Shown here piece by piece: positions 12,611 through 25,283 of a stretch of 64,000 nucleotides of DNA (the stretch's first letter is position 1; each line of letters opens with the position of its first letter). The position numbers were made by a program, and so were the translations under genes. Location: contig CBFFSA010000005.1 in the NCBI GenBank assembly GCA_965644495.1, positions 620,001 through 684,000 of the forward strand, given 5' to 3'. The notes beneath the pieces were generated by a model. That model had not been told where the DNA came from. It did not search any database and saw nothing but the letters and a program-made list of their open reading frames with translations. The stretch comes from Perkinsela sp. CCAP 1560/9. Taxonomy: Eukaryota > Protista > Euglenozoa: Kinetoplastea.

Positions 12611-12958
12611 CAAAGTTTGAAGCACATGGTGCTCAGACGGCGAGTTCAAACCCGCTCATCGCAATATTCCCGGCGGCCTCACTCTAAGAGGCTGGGCTGA
12701 TAACCGACTAGGCCCAGTACTCGGAAGACCGTCCCGGACCCTCCCCTCAGTGAACCAGCTCCCTTACCCGTCTTACACCTCTTGAGTAAGCCGTGTTGAC
12801 GTACAGTTCGTCGACGCAGCGTGTTGGTAACAGCACGTTGGTGCCGCCTTAGGCAAGCGGAAACTGGTAGAGGACGTCGGGCTCGGAACTTCCAAATCTG
12901 TCTGTGAAGGGCCTGGCTTGCCAGTGACCATCCGGAGCAATCGGGAATGATTTGGATA
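12611..12958 (+). mobile_element. SINE S1, slightly 5'-truncated
   Basis: Matches 8498-8846. Confidence 0.85.
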
Positions 12959-13217
12959 TCAAAGATGTGGCTGCAGCTGCGGGGTCGTTGGTGGATGATG
13001 CTTTTTCTAATATGTTAACACTTTCAGAGGCCAGTAGTCTAATGTTTTCTTGGGATATAGACGCGTCCGAGTAAAATGTGTTATTGCGGTGGTTGTTTAC
13101 AACCTCTGCCTCTCCCTTCTTTATGCTGTCCGGGGTAGGGCGGATCCAACAGGGTGAGAAAAGGGTCTACCCCCCCACCTATCCTCGATTTGGGCACAAA
13201 TCACGGTGCTTAAAAAC

Positions 13218-13312
13218 GCGGGTCATGGGACTCGAACCCAGGGATTCCAGTGGGTAACACCTGACCTTCATGATCTTGTGATCGCAGGTTCGACTCCCGG
13301 GAGGTACATTTT
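13218..13312. pseudogene. Degenerate tRNA-like sequence with two opposed B boxes
   Basis: GGTTCGAGTCCC on the minus strand (~13228-13239) and GGTTCGACTCC on plus (~13288-13298); stems do not pair as a functional tRNA. Confidence 0.5.
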
Positions 13313-13316
13313 CAGA

Positions 13317-13776
13317 ATTGAGGGAGATACTACTCCCTCGCTACCCAGTATTAATAAAATTTGGCCCGAAATTTCGCCCGAAATTTGGCCCGACAAAAAA
13401 ATTTCGGAAAATGCTTTTTTCGCAAAGAACCAAAGGCAGCACCATAAATAGATAGTTTTAGGAAAGAAAAACGCACCTTTTGGACGCCTCGAGACCTCCT
13501 TCGGAAGCGATTTGCAAAGACCGATTTACCACGCATGCTTTTTTCAACTTGAAGTTTGGGATACGCAAGACCGTAGAGGAAGGAGGAGGCGCAAGGCAAA
13601 AATCAGAAGGCGGAGCCTTCTGCCTTTTTGCCGCAGCGACGACGACTTCCTCGCGTGGAAAGCTGTAAGGAGTCCTAGGGAACATGTTTTTACTATGTAA
13701 CCCAGGGTAAAGGGCAAGAGGGAGATACCAACAGTGTAGGTGCGGCAGTTTCCACAGGAAAAATGGTATCTCCCTT
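13317..13776 (+). mobile_element. Diverged HINE-B-like element, truncated in its large hairpin
   Basis: attgagggagatactactccctcgc start, gcaagaccgtagaggaaggaggagg body, gagggagatacc...ggtatctccc end. Confidence 0.6.
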
Positions 13777-14134
13777 ATGGCATGAAGGCGAGCGCCTGAA
13801 AAGGTAGAGATGCCGTTTTTCCTGCGGAACCAACAACAACCGCTCGGAGCGAATTTCAATATTGGCTTTGTTAGGAGATCTTGTTTTACCTTTATCTAGA
13901 AGACACGACACGCTTTCTACCATTTCATGCTCGGGATCTTCAACATTGTTCCTGTCGAGCAAAAGAACTTCTTCAGCTTCGGCTTCTTCAATTGAAATAG
14001 GATTCCTTTCGTGGGCTATCAAAGATGTGGCTACAGCTGCGGGGTCATTGGTGGAGGATGCTTTGGTGGTCGTTGGTGGAGGATTTTTTTTTTTTGGAGG
14101 ATGCTTTTTCTAATATGTTAACACTTTCAGAGGA

Positions 14135-14582
14135 GGGACCTATACTAGCCATCTACACCGTTGTTTTCGCCAGATATCCCTTCTTCAAGACGTGGTATGC
14201 CAGCGAAATTGGCCCATTTTTGACTAAAAAAGGTGAAAAAGTATTTTTCGGACTCCAAGGGGCCTTTTAGTGTGGAAAGAAAAAGGTGTGATTGGAGTTG
14301 ATTGTAGGTGTGATTGGAGTTAAAGGTGTGATTGGAGTTGTATTCTCCACCCAATACGTTCGGTAGGCTTTCATTCATGCCTACGAGTAATTTCTCAGGC
14401 GCAAATGTCGGATTTAGTGCTCTGAGAGCAAAAATAGCTAAAATGACCCCATTTTTACCTGACAGTCGGATATTTTTAGCTCCAATCCTTCCGGTTTCTC
14501 CTGTTTTTTCAACGCGGAGCGCGCAGCATGAGTGACTTCTAAGTTGAAAGCAAACACCGCGTATAACGAAGAGCCTAAAAAA
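14135..14582 (-). mobile_element. Diverged HINE-A copy
   Basis: Body similar to other copies; large hairpin arm ending gaagagccta. Confidence 0.6.
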
Positions 14583-14584
14583 GA

Positions 14585-14705
14585 ATTGGCAGATCGCTCT
14601 ACAATGCTCAGGTTTGGAAGACCAAGGCGAGGAAGCGAAAGTCCAAAATCCCAATCTGTCTTAAATGAATGCTTCGGAACTTTGCCATTCTCAGTTCTTC
14701 GTTGC
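14585..14705 (-). pseudogene. Helitron N-terminal (DUF6570-like) fragment
   Basis: GKVPKHSFKTDWDFGLSLPRLGLPNLSIVERSA is homologous to GGIPYFSFKNDWDFGLNLRDLRLPTLGVVERSA in ORF 52364-53374. Confidence 0.75.
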
Positions 14706-16399
14706 ATGAAACATTCTCAGTTCTTCTCATTCTCAGTTCTTCCCATTCTCAGTTCTTCGTTGCAAAAAATGTTCGAACTCGGCGGACCCATCCTGCGGAT
14801 ACGCAGGGGGGTCACCCCCGGGTAGGGGTGTGGAAAATGCGCGCCAAGACCCCGGCTACCCTTTCTGCGGTTTTGTTCGAAAACTAATTTTTTCGAAAAA
14901 ATTTGCTCGAAAAAGAAGTCTGATTTAACCAATGCAGGCAATCCCAATGATTTACAGCGTAGTGAAAAAAAAGAGCTTTGTTTTTATTTTTATTATACAA
15001 ACATCCATTAACGAATCGCCAGGCGTGGGAATTCTTCAAGGACCAGTGGAAAATTTGGAGTATAAAAAAAAAAAGTTCGCTCGACTATGACACCCCCCCT
15101 GGATCCCCCCCCCTGGATCCCCCCCTGGACCCCCCATTTTTTTCAAAAATTTTTTTCAATTTTGGATCACGGGAGCCCCTTTTATATTTTTTTCTTCTAT
15201 TATATTACTGTGTTCCTCTTTATATTTTCACTGTTTTTGTTCACTTTTTTTTCAATAATCGAGGATAGAGCGGTAGTTATACAACCACCGCAATTTTCTA
15301 GGCTCTTCGTTAAACGCGGTGGTTGTTTTCAATTTAGAAAAAAAAATCTATTTAAGATTTTCTAAATTTCAATTTAGAAGTCACTCATGCTGCGCTCTTC
15401 GCGTTGAAAACTAGCTCCGCGTTTAACGAAGCGCCTAGAAAAGAAAAATTTGACAGGAGAGTAAAAGAAACCAGAGGGATAATTCTGGGTTTGGTCCAAA
15501 AAGGGCCGATAGTTGGGCAAAAATAGGGTTGTTTTTGCATATTTCCGCTCACATGTGTTTTCCTTCGGTTCGCACGATTTTGAACGTAGCAGGGTGGAGA
15601 CCTCTTTTTTTGAAAGGCCCTTGAATTCACTCCGGCTTTTGAAGGGGGGCTTTACCTCGTGTAGTTACTTCTTCGTTTTGATTCATTTGGTTTACGCCAG
15701 GGGTGCAGTTAATGCCATGTGGGAACGCTTTTCTGACAGTACGTTGGGTATGCACTAATTGAGTCATCAAAAGCATATTTCTTGAATGATCAGGCTAAAA
15801 ATAGAAGAAGTGATGACTGCAAATGTAGATCTGCTATGTAAATGTAAACATTTTTTTAACAAATTTAGTTTCAATTGTATTATTTTGGTTTAGAAAATGC
15901 GAAGTTACAAATACTTAAAGAGGGTTGAATCATGACTTCAAAATTTCAAACCAACTTTCACTTCCAAACGTCTTCTTACACACTTATTCAGAAATTTAAG
16001 TATCTGCTTCTCTTCTTTTTCCCTTTGAAGTAAACGCTCGATGCGCGCTTCGCTTCTTCCGTAGTGCTAAAACACATGTGCGCCAGTCTCTTTTTTGATA
16101 CGATTGTTATACAATCGATTTCACCATACGAAGCGGTAATGCTTGGTAAGGTCTTCTTTAGCCGTAGATGAGGGAAGGTGTTCTATTGTGATTGAGCGCT
16201 CGTCACGCTCTTCGCGCGCAGAGCGCAAAACGTGTAGAGATTCTAAGTAATCATCTCTTTTGCGCTTTGTATCTCTTTCCTTGTCGGAAATGTCGTTACC
16301 TTTGATTGATTCTCCTCCGAGGCCATAGTAAATTCAAAGAAAGTTTTCAAAGAAATCAAGATGAGTCTAGAAACATTCAACTTAAAAAGCAATACATGA

Positions 16400-16845
16400 A
16401 CGTAGAAGTCTTGTTTTTGAAGTGCCTGCCCGGAGGGGCCTTCGAGAGGGCGAAGACTCGCTGCCGCGGGGGGTGCTTTACCTCGTGACATGTAATTTTG
16501 AAGGAAACAAGCTTCTGATATCTTTTTTTGAAGGGCCCGCCCGGAGCGCCCTTCGAGAGGGTATAGGCGTCTTTTTTTTGGAGAGTGTACAGGCCCACTG
16601 CCGCGGGGGGTGCTTTACCTCGTGACATGTAATTTTGAAAGAAACAAGCTTCTGATATCTTTTTTTTGAAGGGCCCGCCCGGCGGGCCCTTCGAGACGGT
16701 GCAGACCAGCTGGCGCGGGGGGTGCTTTACTACGTGGCATATAATTTTGAAGGGACCAAGCATCTATATCTTTTTTTTGAAGGGCCCGCCCGGCGGGAGA
16801 AGACCCGCTGGCGCGGGGGTGCTTTTGAAGGAAACAAGCTTCTGA
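16400..16845 (+). repeat. Minisatellite, ~120-bp unit x ~3.5, with an internal GC hairpin
   Basis: Repeated ttttttgaagggcccgcccggcgggcccttcgag...gggggtgctttacctcgtgacatgtaattttgaaggaaacaagcttctgata. Confidence 0.85.
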
Positions 16846-17089
16846 AATTTCGATAAAAATAATTTGAAAGCAATTTTGACGAAGCATAATTCTGCAGCTA
16901 TGATGGAGAACTCTTTTTTTGGTAGAGGGCGCTTGAGCGTTGGGGTCACTCTCACTTCTTCTGCACTTGCTTGTGGCCGGTATCAAGCGTGCTTCCCCCT
17001 AGAGAGGTCTTCCTAAGAAGATCGTTTCATTCTAATTTCTTAGAATTGATAAGTCAAATCGGTAAGCCGATTTGCTTTTTCCATGGCCG

Positions 17090-17470
17090 GAAATTTAGGC
17101 CTATGATAACCTGAAGTCAGGTGTGTTCCTGGGCGATCTGTGCCCATGCCAGGGAGCACTCGAATATCATCGAGGCATTGTGCCCTGGATTTTGCTACTG
17201 TGAGCTTGGCGAGTTCCGGTCTCTTTGGCCACGCCTTATCATTCAAGTCAAGAATAACACCGTTCTTCACGGTGATACCTTGTACTTTGTGATACGTATA
17301 GGCAAATCCCAATTCCACTTTAAAGTTTCCTTGGGAAGCCTTATCATGGTGCTGCTCCTTTTTGGAGTAAAATTCTACACCTGACCCCTTCTCATTGCAT
17401 TGCATAAAAGAAGGGGCTTTTCGTAGATAACGAACACCATCAATAGTGTCGTATGACAAATCGTCTGACA
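17090..17470 (-). pseudogene. PIF1 helicase C-terminal fragment (Helitron-derived)
   Basis: ELGFAYTYHKVQGITV...ILDL...LTVAKSR corresponds to SF1B motifs V/VI. Confidence 0.8.
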
Positions 17471-17850
17471 CAAAAAAGAAATCCAAATCATTCCGGATTG
17501 CTCCGGATGGTCACTGGCAAGCCAGACCCTTCACAGACAGATTTGGAAGTTCCGAGCCCGACGTCCTCTACCAGTTTCCGCTTTTCCAAGGCGGCACCAA
17601 CGTGCTGTTACCAACACGCTGCGTCGACGAACTGTACGTCAACACGGCTTACTCAAGAGGTGTAAGACGGGTAAGGGAGCTGGTTCACTGAGGGGAGGGT
17701 CCGGGACGGTCCTCCGAGTACTGGGCCTAGACGGTTATCAGCCCAGCCTCTTAGAGTGAGGCCGTCGGGAATATTGCGATGAGCGGGTTTGAACTCACCG
17801 TCTAAGCACCACGTGCTTCAAACTTTGAGCTCTTGCCACTCCGCCACCTC
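17471..17850 (-). mobile_element. SINE S1
   Basis: Reverse complement of 8472-8852. Confidence 0.85.
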
Positions 17851-17925
17851 CCCTCCTAGGGGAAACTAGACTCCCCTCGGAGAAACTAGACTCCCCTCGG
17901 GGAAACTAGTCCCCGAGCGGAAATG

Positions 17926-18925
17926 TGTGTTTCTGCTCGGTGGCCCCGGAACCGGGAAAAATCTAATTTCCCGGTTTATAATGCAAGAACTTGGGAGCCA
18001 ATTATCACCGGTCGAGCAAAAAATTTGACATTTTTTTAATTTGATCCTTCGAGCTCGCAAAAAAAGTCGGACCAATATTTATGTGGACCACAATTTTTGG
18101 TGCCAAATTTTTCGTGCATTGAAACAAAAAAGACATATTTTCCTGGCCTCCCTCGAGGTTTGATGTCGTTATTAGATTTTTCGTTTTCCAGAAAATGAAG
18201 GACCGTACTTTTAGATTGTTTTTGCTTTGTGTGCTACTAGTAGCTTATTAGTAGCTACAATATTAGCAGCTTATTAGTAGCTTACAATACTTGCAACCTT
18301 TCGTGTCACACACAATTCTCAAATTGCTCTAACTTCAGCCTCACTATATGTGTTATAGTGATGACCCTACGTGCGTAGAGTAAATCTCTTGATCAAAGAT
18401 TTTCTGCACCCATTCAACAGACTGAGACATTACACGAAGACTAAAAAAAGAAGTGTCGATCGAAAGAAGCGAAAATTTCTAATGACGAGTTCTAAATTTA
18501 GTAAACTTTGAAAACGACTGACAATAAAGTCAAAAAGTATTTTGGACCGCCGCGGAAGGAAAAATAAAGTCGGACTAAAATTTATGTGGACCAAATTTGT
18601 TGGGGCCAAATAAAAGTGGACCAAATTTTCTGCTCGACCGGTATATTGCATTCCTTGGGATCGCCGCATCAGTACTGCACTGTTGCGCAATACACGCTTC
18701 CCTCTGCATACCTATAGGGGCTACTTCAAGAAATTTGAAACATCTTTCAAGCAGTAGCCTTCTACCATACCAACAAAGGTATCAGAAATGTCAATTAATT
18801 ATAGTCGACGAAGTGTCAATGATCAGCAAGTGTTTCCTTGCCAGTATCAACACTAGGCTGCAGCAAATCAAAGGCAATGAGCAGCTTCACTATGGAGGCA
18901 TCAACATGCTCTTTGTTGGAGATTT
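17926..18925 (+). pseudogene. PIF1 helicase N-terminal fragment split by a TIR element
   Basis: Walker A VFLLGGPGTGK at ~17927-17959. After the insertion: AFLGIAA (motif Ia), IIVDEVSMI (Walker B), YGGINMLFVGD. Confidence 0.85.
18008..18641. mobile_element. Non-autonomous TIR element (~635 bp)
   Basis: TIRs CCGGTCGAGCAAAAAATTTG / CAAATTTTCTGCTCGACCGG; subterminal ggacc-aaa repeats; interrupts the PIF1 reading frame. Confidence 0.8.
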
Positions 18926-19145
18926 GGATTTGGAGCAGTAAATCCAGCATTCTATGCAAATCGGGAATCCGAGTGCTCTAGAATTGCCTTGATTTCATAT
19001 GGTTCAAATGTAGAACCCTTAAAGGGTACTTTTGCATCACAGCGTCGGAAATGCTCCGAGCAAGATGTTGCCCGTGTCGGTATACTCATTGAGTAAACTT
19101 TCTTTCTGTTCCAGTTGCATCAGGAATGATATGTAGTCCTCCGCA

Positions 19146-19893
19146 AAAAACTCCTAGACCGTTTTTTGAGAGTTTGGAGCCTTCTATACCTGTATACTCT
19201 TTGATTTCATTCGATATTTCTCCACTTTGTTCCGATAATACACCTACATAGTCCAAAATGTACCCGGAAGTGTGTGACACGCAAGGCCGATGAGGAAGGA
19301 GGAGGCGCAAGGAAAAAAGGCAGACGTATGAATCGAATTGAGTGACAAGATCACTAGTTTTTCAACAATTCCGATGGGTATCCCCTGCCCCCCCCTCCCC
19401 ACCAGGGTGATCATAGCAACTTTTTGAAAAGAAACTGAGAAAAAAAACTGAAAATTTATGGGTGAAAGTCTAAAAATATATTGTTCCCAAATCAACTCCT
19501 AGACCGTTTTTTTAGAGTTTGGAGCCTTCTATACCTGTATACTCTTTGATTTCATTCGATATTTCTCCACCTTGTTCCGATAATACACCTACATAGTCCA
19601 AAATTTACCCGGAAGTGTGTGACACGAAAAGGCCGATGAGGAAGGAGGAGGCGCGTGGGAAACACTAAAGCGCCATAGGGAGCATTTTCGGATGGCTATG
19701 TAATCCAGGCTAAAGTGGACGAGGGAGATACTAAAGGCACCCTGGAAAACCCCCTCGAAACTGGAACGGTATCTCCCGGTTTGTAGGTCATTCTGATGTG
19801 GCAAAGGGGTCTTTAACGGGTGATACCGTTCCAGTTTCGAGGGGGTTTTCCAGGGTGCCTTTAATATCTCCCTCGTCCACTTTAGCCTGGATT
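19146..19893 (+). mobile_element. HINE-B partial copy with a complete large terminal hairpin (19702-19893)
   Basis: ~75-bp arms aatccaggctaaagtggacgagggagatac...ggtatctcccg / cgggtgatacc...tatctccctcgtccactttagcctggatt. Confidence 0.75.
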
Positions 19894-19930
19894 CGGAGAC
19901 GTAATGTGGATTCGTCCATAGTCTTATCTT

Positions 19931-20718
19931 ATTGAGGGAGATACTACTCCCTCGCTACCGTAGGTTAATTCGCCGTGCCCGATTTCGTGCCCGATTTGTG
20001 GCCCGATTTCGTGCCCGATATCGTTTCAGGTGAGTTTTCGAAAAAAATGTTTACAAAGACGTATGAATCGAATTTAATGACAAGATCACTAGTTATTCAA
20101 CAATTCCGATGGGTACCCCCTGCCCCCCCCCCACCTCCCCACCAGGGTGACCATAGCAAATTTTGAAATTTTGCGAAAAAAACTGAAAATTTATGGGTGA
20201 AAGTCTAAAAATACGTTTTTCCCAAATCAACTCCTAGACTGTTTTTTGAAAGTTTGGGGCCTGATATACGTGTATACGCCTTGGTTTCACTCGATATTTC
20301 TCCACCTTGTTCTGGTAATACACCTAAAAAGTCCAAAATGTACCCGGAAGTGTGTGACACGCAAGGCCGTAGAGGAAGGAGGAGGCGCAAGGCAAAAACG
20401 CAGACATACGAATCGAATTGAGTGCGTTCTGCCTTTTTGCCGCGGCGACGACGACTTCCTTGCGTGGGAAACAGTAAATCGCCATAGGTATCATGTTCGG
20501 ATGGCTATGTAAGCCAGGCTAAAGTGGACGAGGGAGATACTAGAGGCACCTTTGGAAAACCACCTCGAAACTGGAACGGTATCTCCCGGTTTGTAGAGCA
20601 TTCTGATGTGGTAAAAGGGTCTCTAACGGGTGATACCGTTCAGTTTCGAGGTGGTTTTCCGAAGGTGCCTTTAGTATCTCCCTCGTCGACTTTAGCCTGG
20701 ATTACATAGCCATCCGAA
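19931..20718 (+). mobile_element. HINE-B, full length
   Basis: Small end attGAGGGAGatactaCTCCCTC at 19931; large hairpin at ~20496-20718. Confidence 0.75.
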
Positions 20719-21369
20719 AAAAAGATTACACAGCCATCCAAAAAAAAACATTCGCCTGGAAAACGGAAAGATTATAGCCAAAAATAGCCGAATATCGGGT
20801 AAAAATGGGGTGATTTTCGCGTATTTTTGCTCTCAGAGCACTAAATCCGACATTTGCGCGTGGGAAATCACTCGTAGGCATGAATGGAAGCCTACCGAAC
20901 GTATTGGGTAGAGAATGCGACTCCAACCATACCATTCTTTCGACACAAAAATGCCCCTTGTTGTCCGAAAAATACTTTTTCACCTTTTTTAGTCAAAAAT
21001 GGGTCATTTTGAGGGGCGCACCACGGTTAGAAGAAGGGATACCTTGCGAAAACAACTACCGAGAAAGCTAGTGCTAGGTCCCAAACTATCAAAATACAAT
21101 AGGGGAAACGATTTTGGAAAAATATTTGTTTTGCCATTTTTTTTCGCCAAGTTGAATTTTTTTTCAATTTTTTTTCCGAAAATGTTCGAACTCGGCGGAC
21201 CCATCCTGCGGATACGGGGGGGTGTCACCCCCGGGTAGGAGGGTGGAAAATGCGCGCCAAGACCCCGGCTACCCTTTATGCGGTTTTGTTCGAAAACTAA
21301 TTTTTTCGAAAAAATTTGCTCGAAAAAGAAGTCTGATTTAACCAATGCAGGCAATCCCAATGATTATGA

Positions 21370-22260
21370 ATATCTTTTTTGCCATTTTTTTCGCCAAGTT
21401 GAACTCTTTTTCAAAAACAAAATTCGAAAAAATTCGAACTCGGCGGACCCATCCTGCGGATACGCAGGGGGGTCACCCCCGGGTAGGGGGCAGGAAAATG
21501 CGCGCCAGGACCCCGGCTACCCTTTATGCGGTTTTGTTTCGAAACAAAATTGCTCGACCATGACCCCCCCATGGACCCTCCATGTTTTTCAAAACTTTTT
21601 GTCAGTTTTGGACCACCGGAGCCCCCTTTTATATATTTTTCTTCTATTGAGGGAGATACTACTCCCTCGCTACCGTAGGTTAATTGTGGTGGTTGTAAAA
21701 CTACCGCTCTACCCTCGATTATTGAAAAAAAAGTGAACAAAAACAGTGAAAATATAAAGGGGAACACAGTAATATAATAGAAGAAAAAAATATAAAAGGG
21801 GGCTCCGGTGGTCCAAAACTTAAAAAAAAATTGAAATTCTATTATATTACTGTGTTCCCCTTTATATTTTTACTGTCTTTGTTCACTTTTTTTTCAATAA
21901 TCGAGGGTAGAGCGGTAGTTCTACAACCACCACAATTAACCTACGGTAGCGAGGGAGTAGTATCTCCCTCAATAGAAGAAAAATATATAAAAGGGGGCTC
22001 CGGTGGTCCAAAACTGACAAAAAATTTTGAAAAACATGGGGGGTCCATGGGGGGGTCATGGTCGAGCAATTTTGTTTCGAAACAAAACCGCAGAAAGGGT
22101 AGCCGGGGTCTTGGCTCGCATTTTCCACCCTCCTACCCGGGGGTGACCCCCCCCCGCGTATCCGCAGGACGGGTGCGCCAAGTCTGGATTTTTTCGGAAA
22201 AAAAAAATTGTAAAAAAATTCAACTTGGCGAAAAAAATGACAAAAAAATATTTTTCCAAA
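21370..22260. repeat. ~0.9 kb imperfect palindrome made of HINE-A/HINE-B junction sequence
   Basis: ORFs 21411..21767(-) and 21831..22304(+) give nearly the same peptide; arms ~21370-21780 and ~21838-22260. Confidence 0.85.
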
Positions 22261-22970
22261 ATCGTTTCCCCTATTGTATTTTGATAGTTTGGAACCTACA
22301 CTAGCTTTCTCCGCAGTTGTTTTCGCAAGGTATCCCTTCTTAGAACCGTGGTGCGCCCCTCAAAATGACCCATTTTTGACTAAAAAAGGTGAAAAAGTAT
22401 TTTTCGGACCTAAAGGAGCATTTTTGTGTCGAAAGAATGGTATGGTTGGAGTCGCATTCTCTACCCAATACGTTCGGTAGGCTTCCATTCATGCCTACGA
22501 GTGATTTCCCACGCGCAAATGTCGGATTTAGTGCTCTGAGAGCAAAAATGCGCGAAAATCACCCCATTTTTACCCGATATTCGGCTATTTTTGGCTATAA
22601 TCTTTTCGTTTTCCAGGCTAAATTTTCTTTTTTAGTCTCTTCGTTAAACGCGGTGGTGGTTTTCAACGCGAAGAGTGCAGCATGAGTGACTTCTAAGTTG
22701 AAAACAACCACCGCGTTTAACGAAGAGCCTAATTGAAAAAAAAGGGAACAAAAACAGTGAAAATGTAAAGAGGAGCACAGTAATATAATAGAAGAAAGAA
22801 ATATAAAAGTGGGCTCCGGTGGTCCAAAACTGAAAAAAAAAATTGAAAAAAATGGGGGGTCCATGGGGGTCCATGGGGGGGTCCATGGGGGAGGTCCAGG
22901 GGGGGTCCAGGGGGGGGGGGGGGGGCAGGGGGAACACCATCAATAGTGTCGTATGACAAATCGTCTGACA

Positions 22971-23266
22971 CAAAAAAGAAATCCAAATCATTCCGGATTG
23001 CTCCGGATGGTCACTGGCAAGCCAGACCCTTCACAGACAGATTTGGAAGTTCCGAGACTGACGTCCTCTACCAGTTTCCGCTTTTCCAAGGCGGCACCAA
23101 CATGCTGTTGCCAACACGCTGCGTCGACGAACTGTACGTCAACACGGCTTACTCAAGAGGTGTAAGACGGGTAAGGGAGCTGGTTCACTGAGGGGAGGGT
23201 CCGGGACGGTCCTCCGAGTACTGGGCCTAGACGGTTCTCAGCCCAGCCTCTTAGAGTGAGGCCGCC
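22971..23266 (-). mobile_element. SINE S1, 5'-truncated (duplicate of 7633-7926)
   Basis: Same truncation point and flanks as 7633-7926. Confidence 0.85.
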
Positions 23267-23268
23267 TC

Positions 23269-23652
23269 TTAGACTTCGGCATTCGCATCACTATAATCCC
23301 CCACTCTTTTTTTGAATCCACGGTTCCGGTGTTGGTTTCCCATGTTGCGGTTAATTAACTTTTGGTAGTGGTCAATCCCCGTTTTACGAATTTCATAAAC
23401 CGCTCTCCGTGATATACCATATTTTTGTTCTATTTGCTTTACAGAACTTTGAGATCTGCAAATTTCTCGTTTCTCGAATATAGTAAGTTCAGTACGCTGT
23501 CGTTTTTCCTGAACTGTTACCGTCGGGGTGTTGTTAATAATAAGGGATGTGCGCTCCCCTACTTGCGGTTGGGGAGGGAGATTCCGAAGCCAAGTGGTCA
23601 GAGGTCCACGCATAGAGTGAACTGTGGTCGGAACTCCGTCAGTATCTGACAT
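23269..23652 (-). pseudogene. pogo-like HTH fragment (duplicate of 7246-7629)
   Basis: Identical translation. Confidence 0.55.
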
Positions 23653-24017
23653 AAGGGTGAAAAGTACGGGAGAAAGAGAGGAACAAGTATACAAATATAT
23701 ATTATCTCCACACACTAAATGCACATCAGAGGCTTAAAAGAGCACAAAGCCCTTTGAAGAGATTGGGTAAAAATAGGCAAAACATCTGCTCTCAAAAAAA
23801 CGCTCCGAAAATTCAATATGGAATTTGTGCATATTAAGGGGGGGGGAGGGAAGGGGGTGCATATTAAATGGGGGGTCACAGTATCAGAAACAATGGTTCA
23901 CACTGCACAAAAACTATCGAGAAAAGGAGCATCGACACCACAAACGCAATTAATGACAGAACAGCGATGAAATTTAATACGGAAACAAAATCGTCTTAAA
24001 CTTCGGGATTTCGCGAC

Positions 24018-25283
24018 TTGTTTCTGAAAAGCAGAAAACCAGACCACTTCAAAGAAGTTCTAAAAAAGCACGGAACAGAAATTGAGGCACAAATTCAAAA
24101 AGAATGTTCCGAGATTGAATATGGTTTAAGGAAAAATCGGTCTAATCTGTGGCGCACGCTGCGGAGGGTTTGCGGTTCATACAGGGACACATTTCGCATA
24201 GAGACCTCATCGACGAGAGAGACACTTCATATTGTGAAGGATTTCTTTGCGCGTATGGGCTCGGATGATCGTGGAGATAAAAACATTACCTTCGAAGCGG
24301 TGACCTCCATTAAAATACCGATAAATGATGATATTTTTTCCATGGAAGAGCTAGAAGATGGAATAAGCCGGCTCGCGCGCAAGGAATGGGCGCCTGGAAT
24401 AGATCAAATTCCTGCGGAAGTACTTGCGATTATCACGGAACACAAGGATCTGAGAAACGTAATGTTAAATATCATCAATGAAGTTCACCGTAAAGGAGTT
24501 TCGCCCGAGTCCTGGAAGGTAGTACTTCAGGTTCCTATTCCTAAAAAAGGCGACCTGACACAAATTTCGAACTGGCGATCAATCTGCCTCGTCAATAGCG
24601 AGGTAAAATTAATGAACGCAATGATTCTTCGAAGAATGAGACCAGCCATTGAACCGCTTCTAAGGGATAGTCAATTCGGATTTCGCCCGGAAAGGTCCAC
24701 AGCAGGAGCGCAGAAAATACTTAATGATGTGAAGATAAGGTCGTCACGCAACAAGAGGAGGGTCGCAGTTGCATTCATGGATTTTGCTAAAGCTTTTCCT
24801 TCGGTATCTTTTTATGCAATCCGTGCTGCTCTTAAAGCTTTTCACGTCGGACCAGCGATCACTAGTATGATAATGTCACTGTATTCCAATCTAAGAGGCA
24901 TAGCCCAAACACCGTACGGCAATACGGATTCTTTCCCTATTGAAACAGGAATTCTCCAGGGAGACGTTCTTGCTCCTAATTTGTTTGTGCTTGTTATTGA
25001 AAGAATTCTTCACAAAGCGATCGATAACAAACCTCCAGGGATTCTGTTGAGGAGCAGCGGGACAAAAAGTAAGGGAATTCAAGAATTTCGATTGAAGGAC
25101 ATTTATTACGCAGACGATATTGCTCTCCTGGCGGAGACAAAACATGAAATATCCGAAATGATAGAAGCTACGGCTAATGAAGCACAATATGCCAATCTAA
25201 GGGTTGCTGTGGGAAAACATAAGACTGCGTGGATGGCCTTCGGGAAGGTTCCCGGGGGAACAAGAGAACTTCGGGCGGGATAA
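24018..25283 (+). CDS. LINE (family L5) reverse transcriptase domain; open but truncated at both ends
   Basis: 421 aa with APGID, IPKKGDL, QFGFRPERST, DFAKAF, GILQGDVLAP and YYADD. Confidence 0.85.
   Translation: MFLKSRKPDHFKEVLKKHGTEIEAQIQKECSEIEYGLRKNRSNLWRTLRRVCGSYRDTFRIETSSTRETLHIVKDFFARMGSDDRGDKNITFEAVTSIKIPINDDIFSMEELEDGISRLARKEWAPGIDQIPAEVLAIITEHKDLRNVMLNIINEVHRKGVSPESWKVVLQVPIPKKGDLTQISNWRSICLVNSEVKLMNAMILRRMRPAIEPLLRDSQFGFRPERSTAGAQKILNDVKIRSSRNKRRVAVAFMDFAKAFPSVSFYAIRAALKAFHVGPAITSMIMSLYSNLRGIAQTPYGNTDSFPIETGILQGDVLAPNLFVLVIERILHKAIDNKPPGILLRSSGTKSKGIQEFRLKDIYYADDIALLAETKHEISEMIEATANEAQYANLRVAVGKHKTAWMAFGKVPGGTRELRAG

Noticed and set aside
14282-14340. Another ~18-bp repeat (aaaggtgtgattggagtt)
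   Set aside because: Irregular local duplication inside HINE-A with no T-run, hairpin or LINE start. It shows that short duplications are common here, but it is not part of the LINE 5' pattern.
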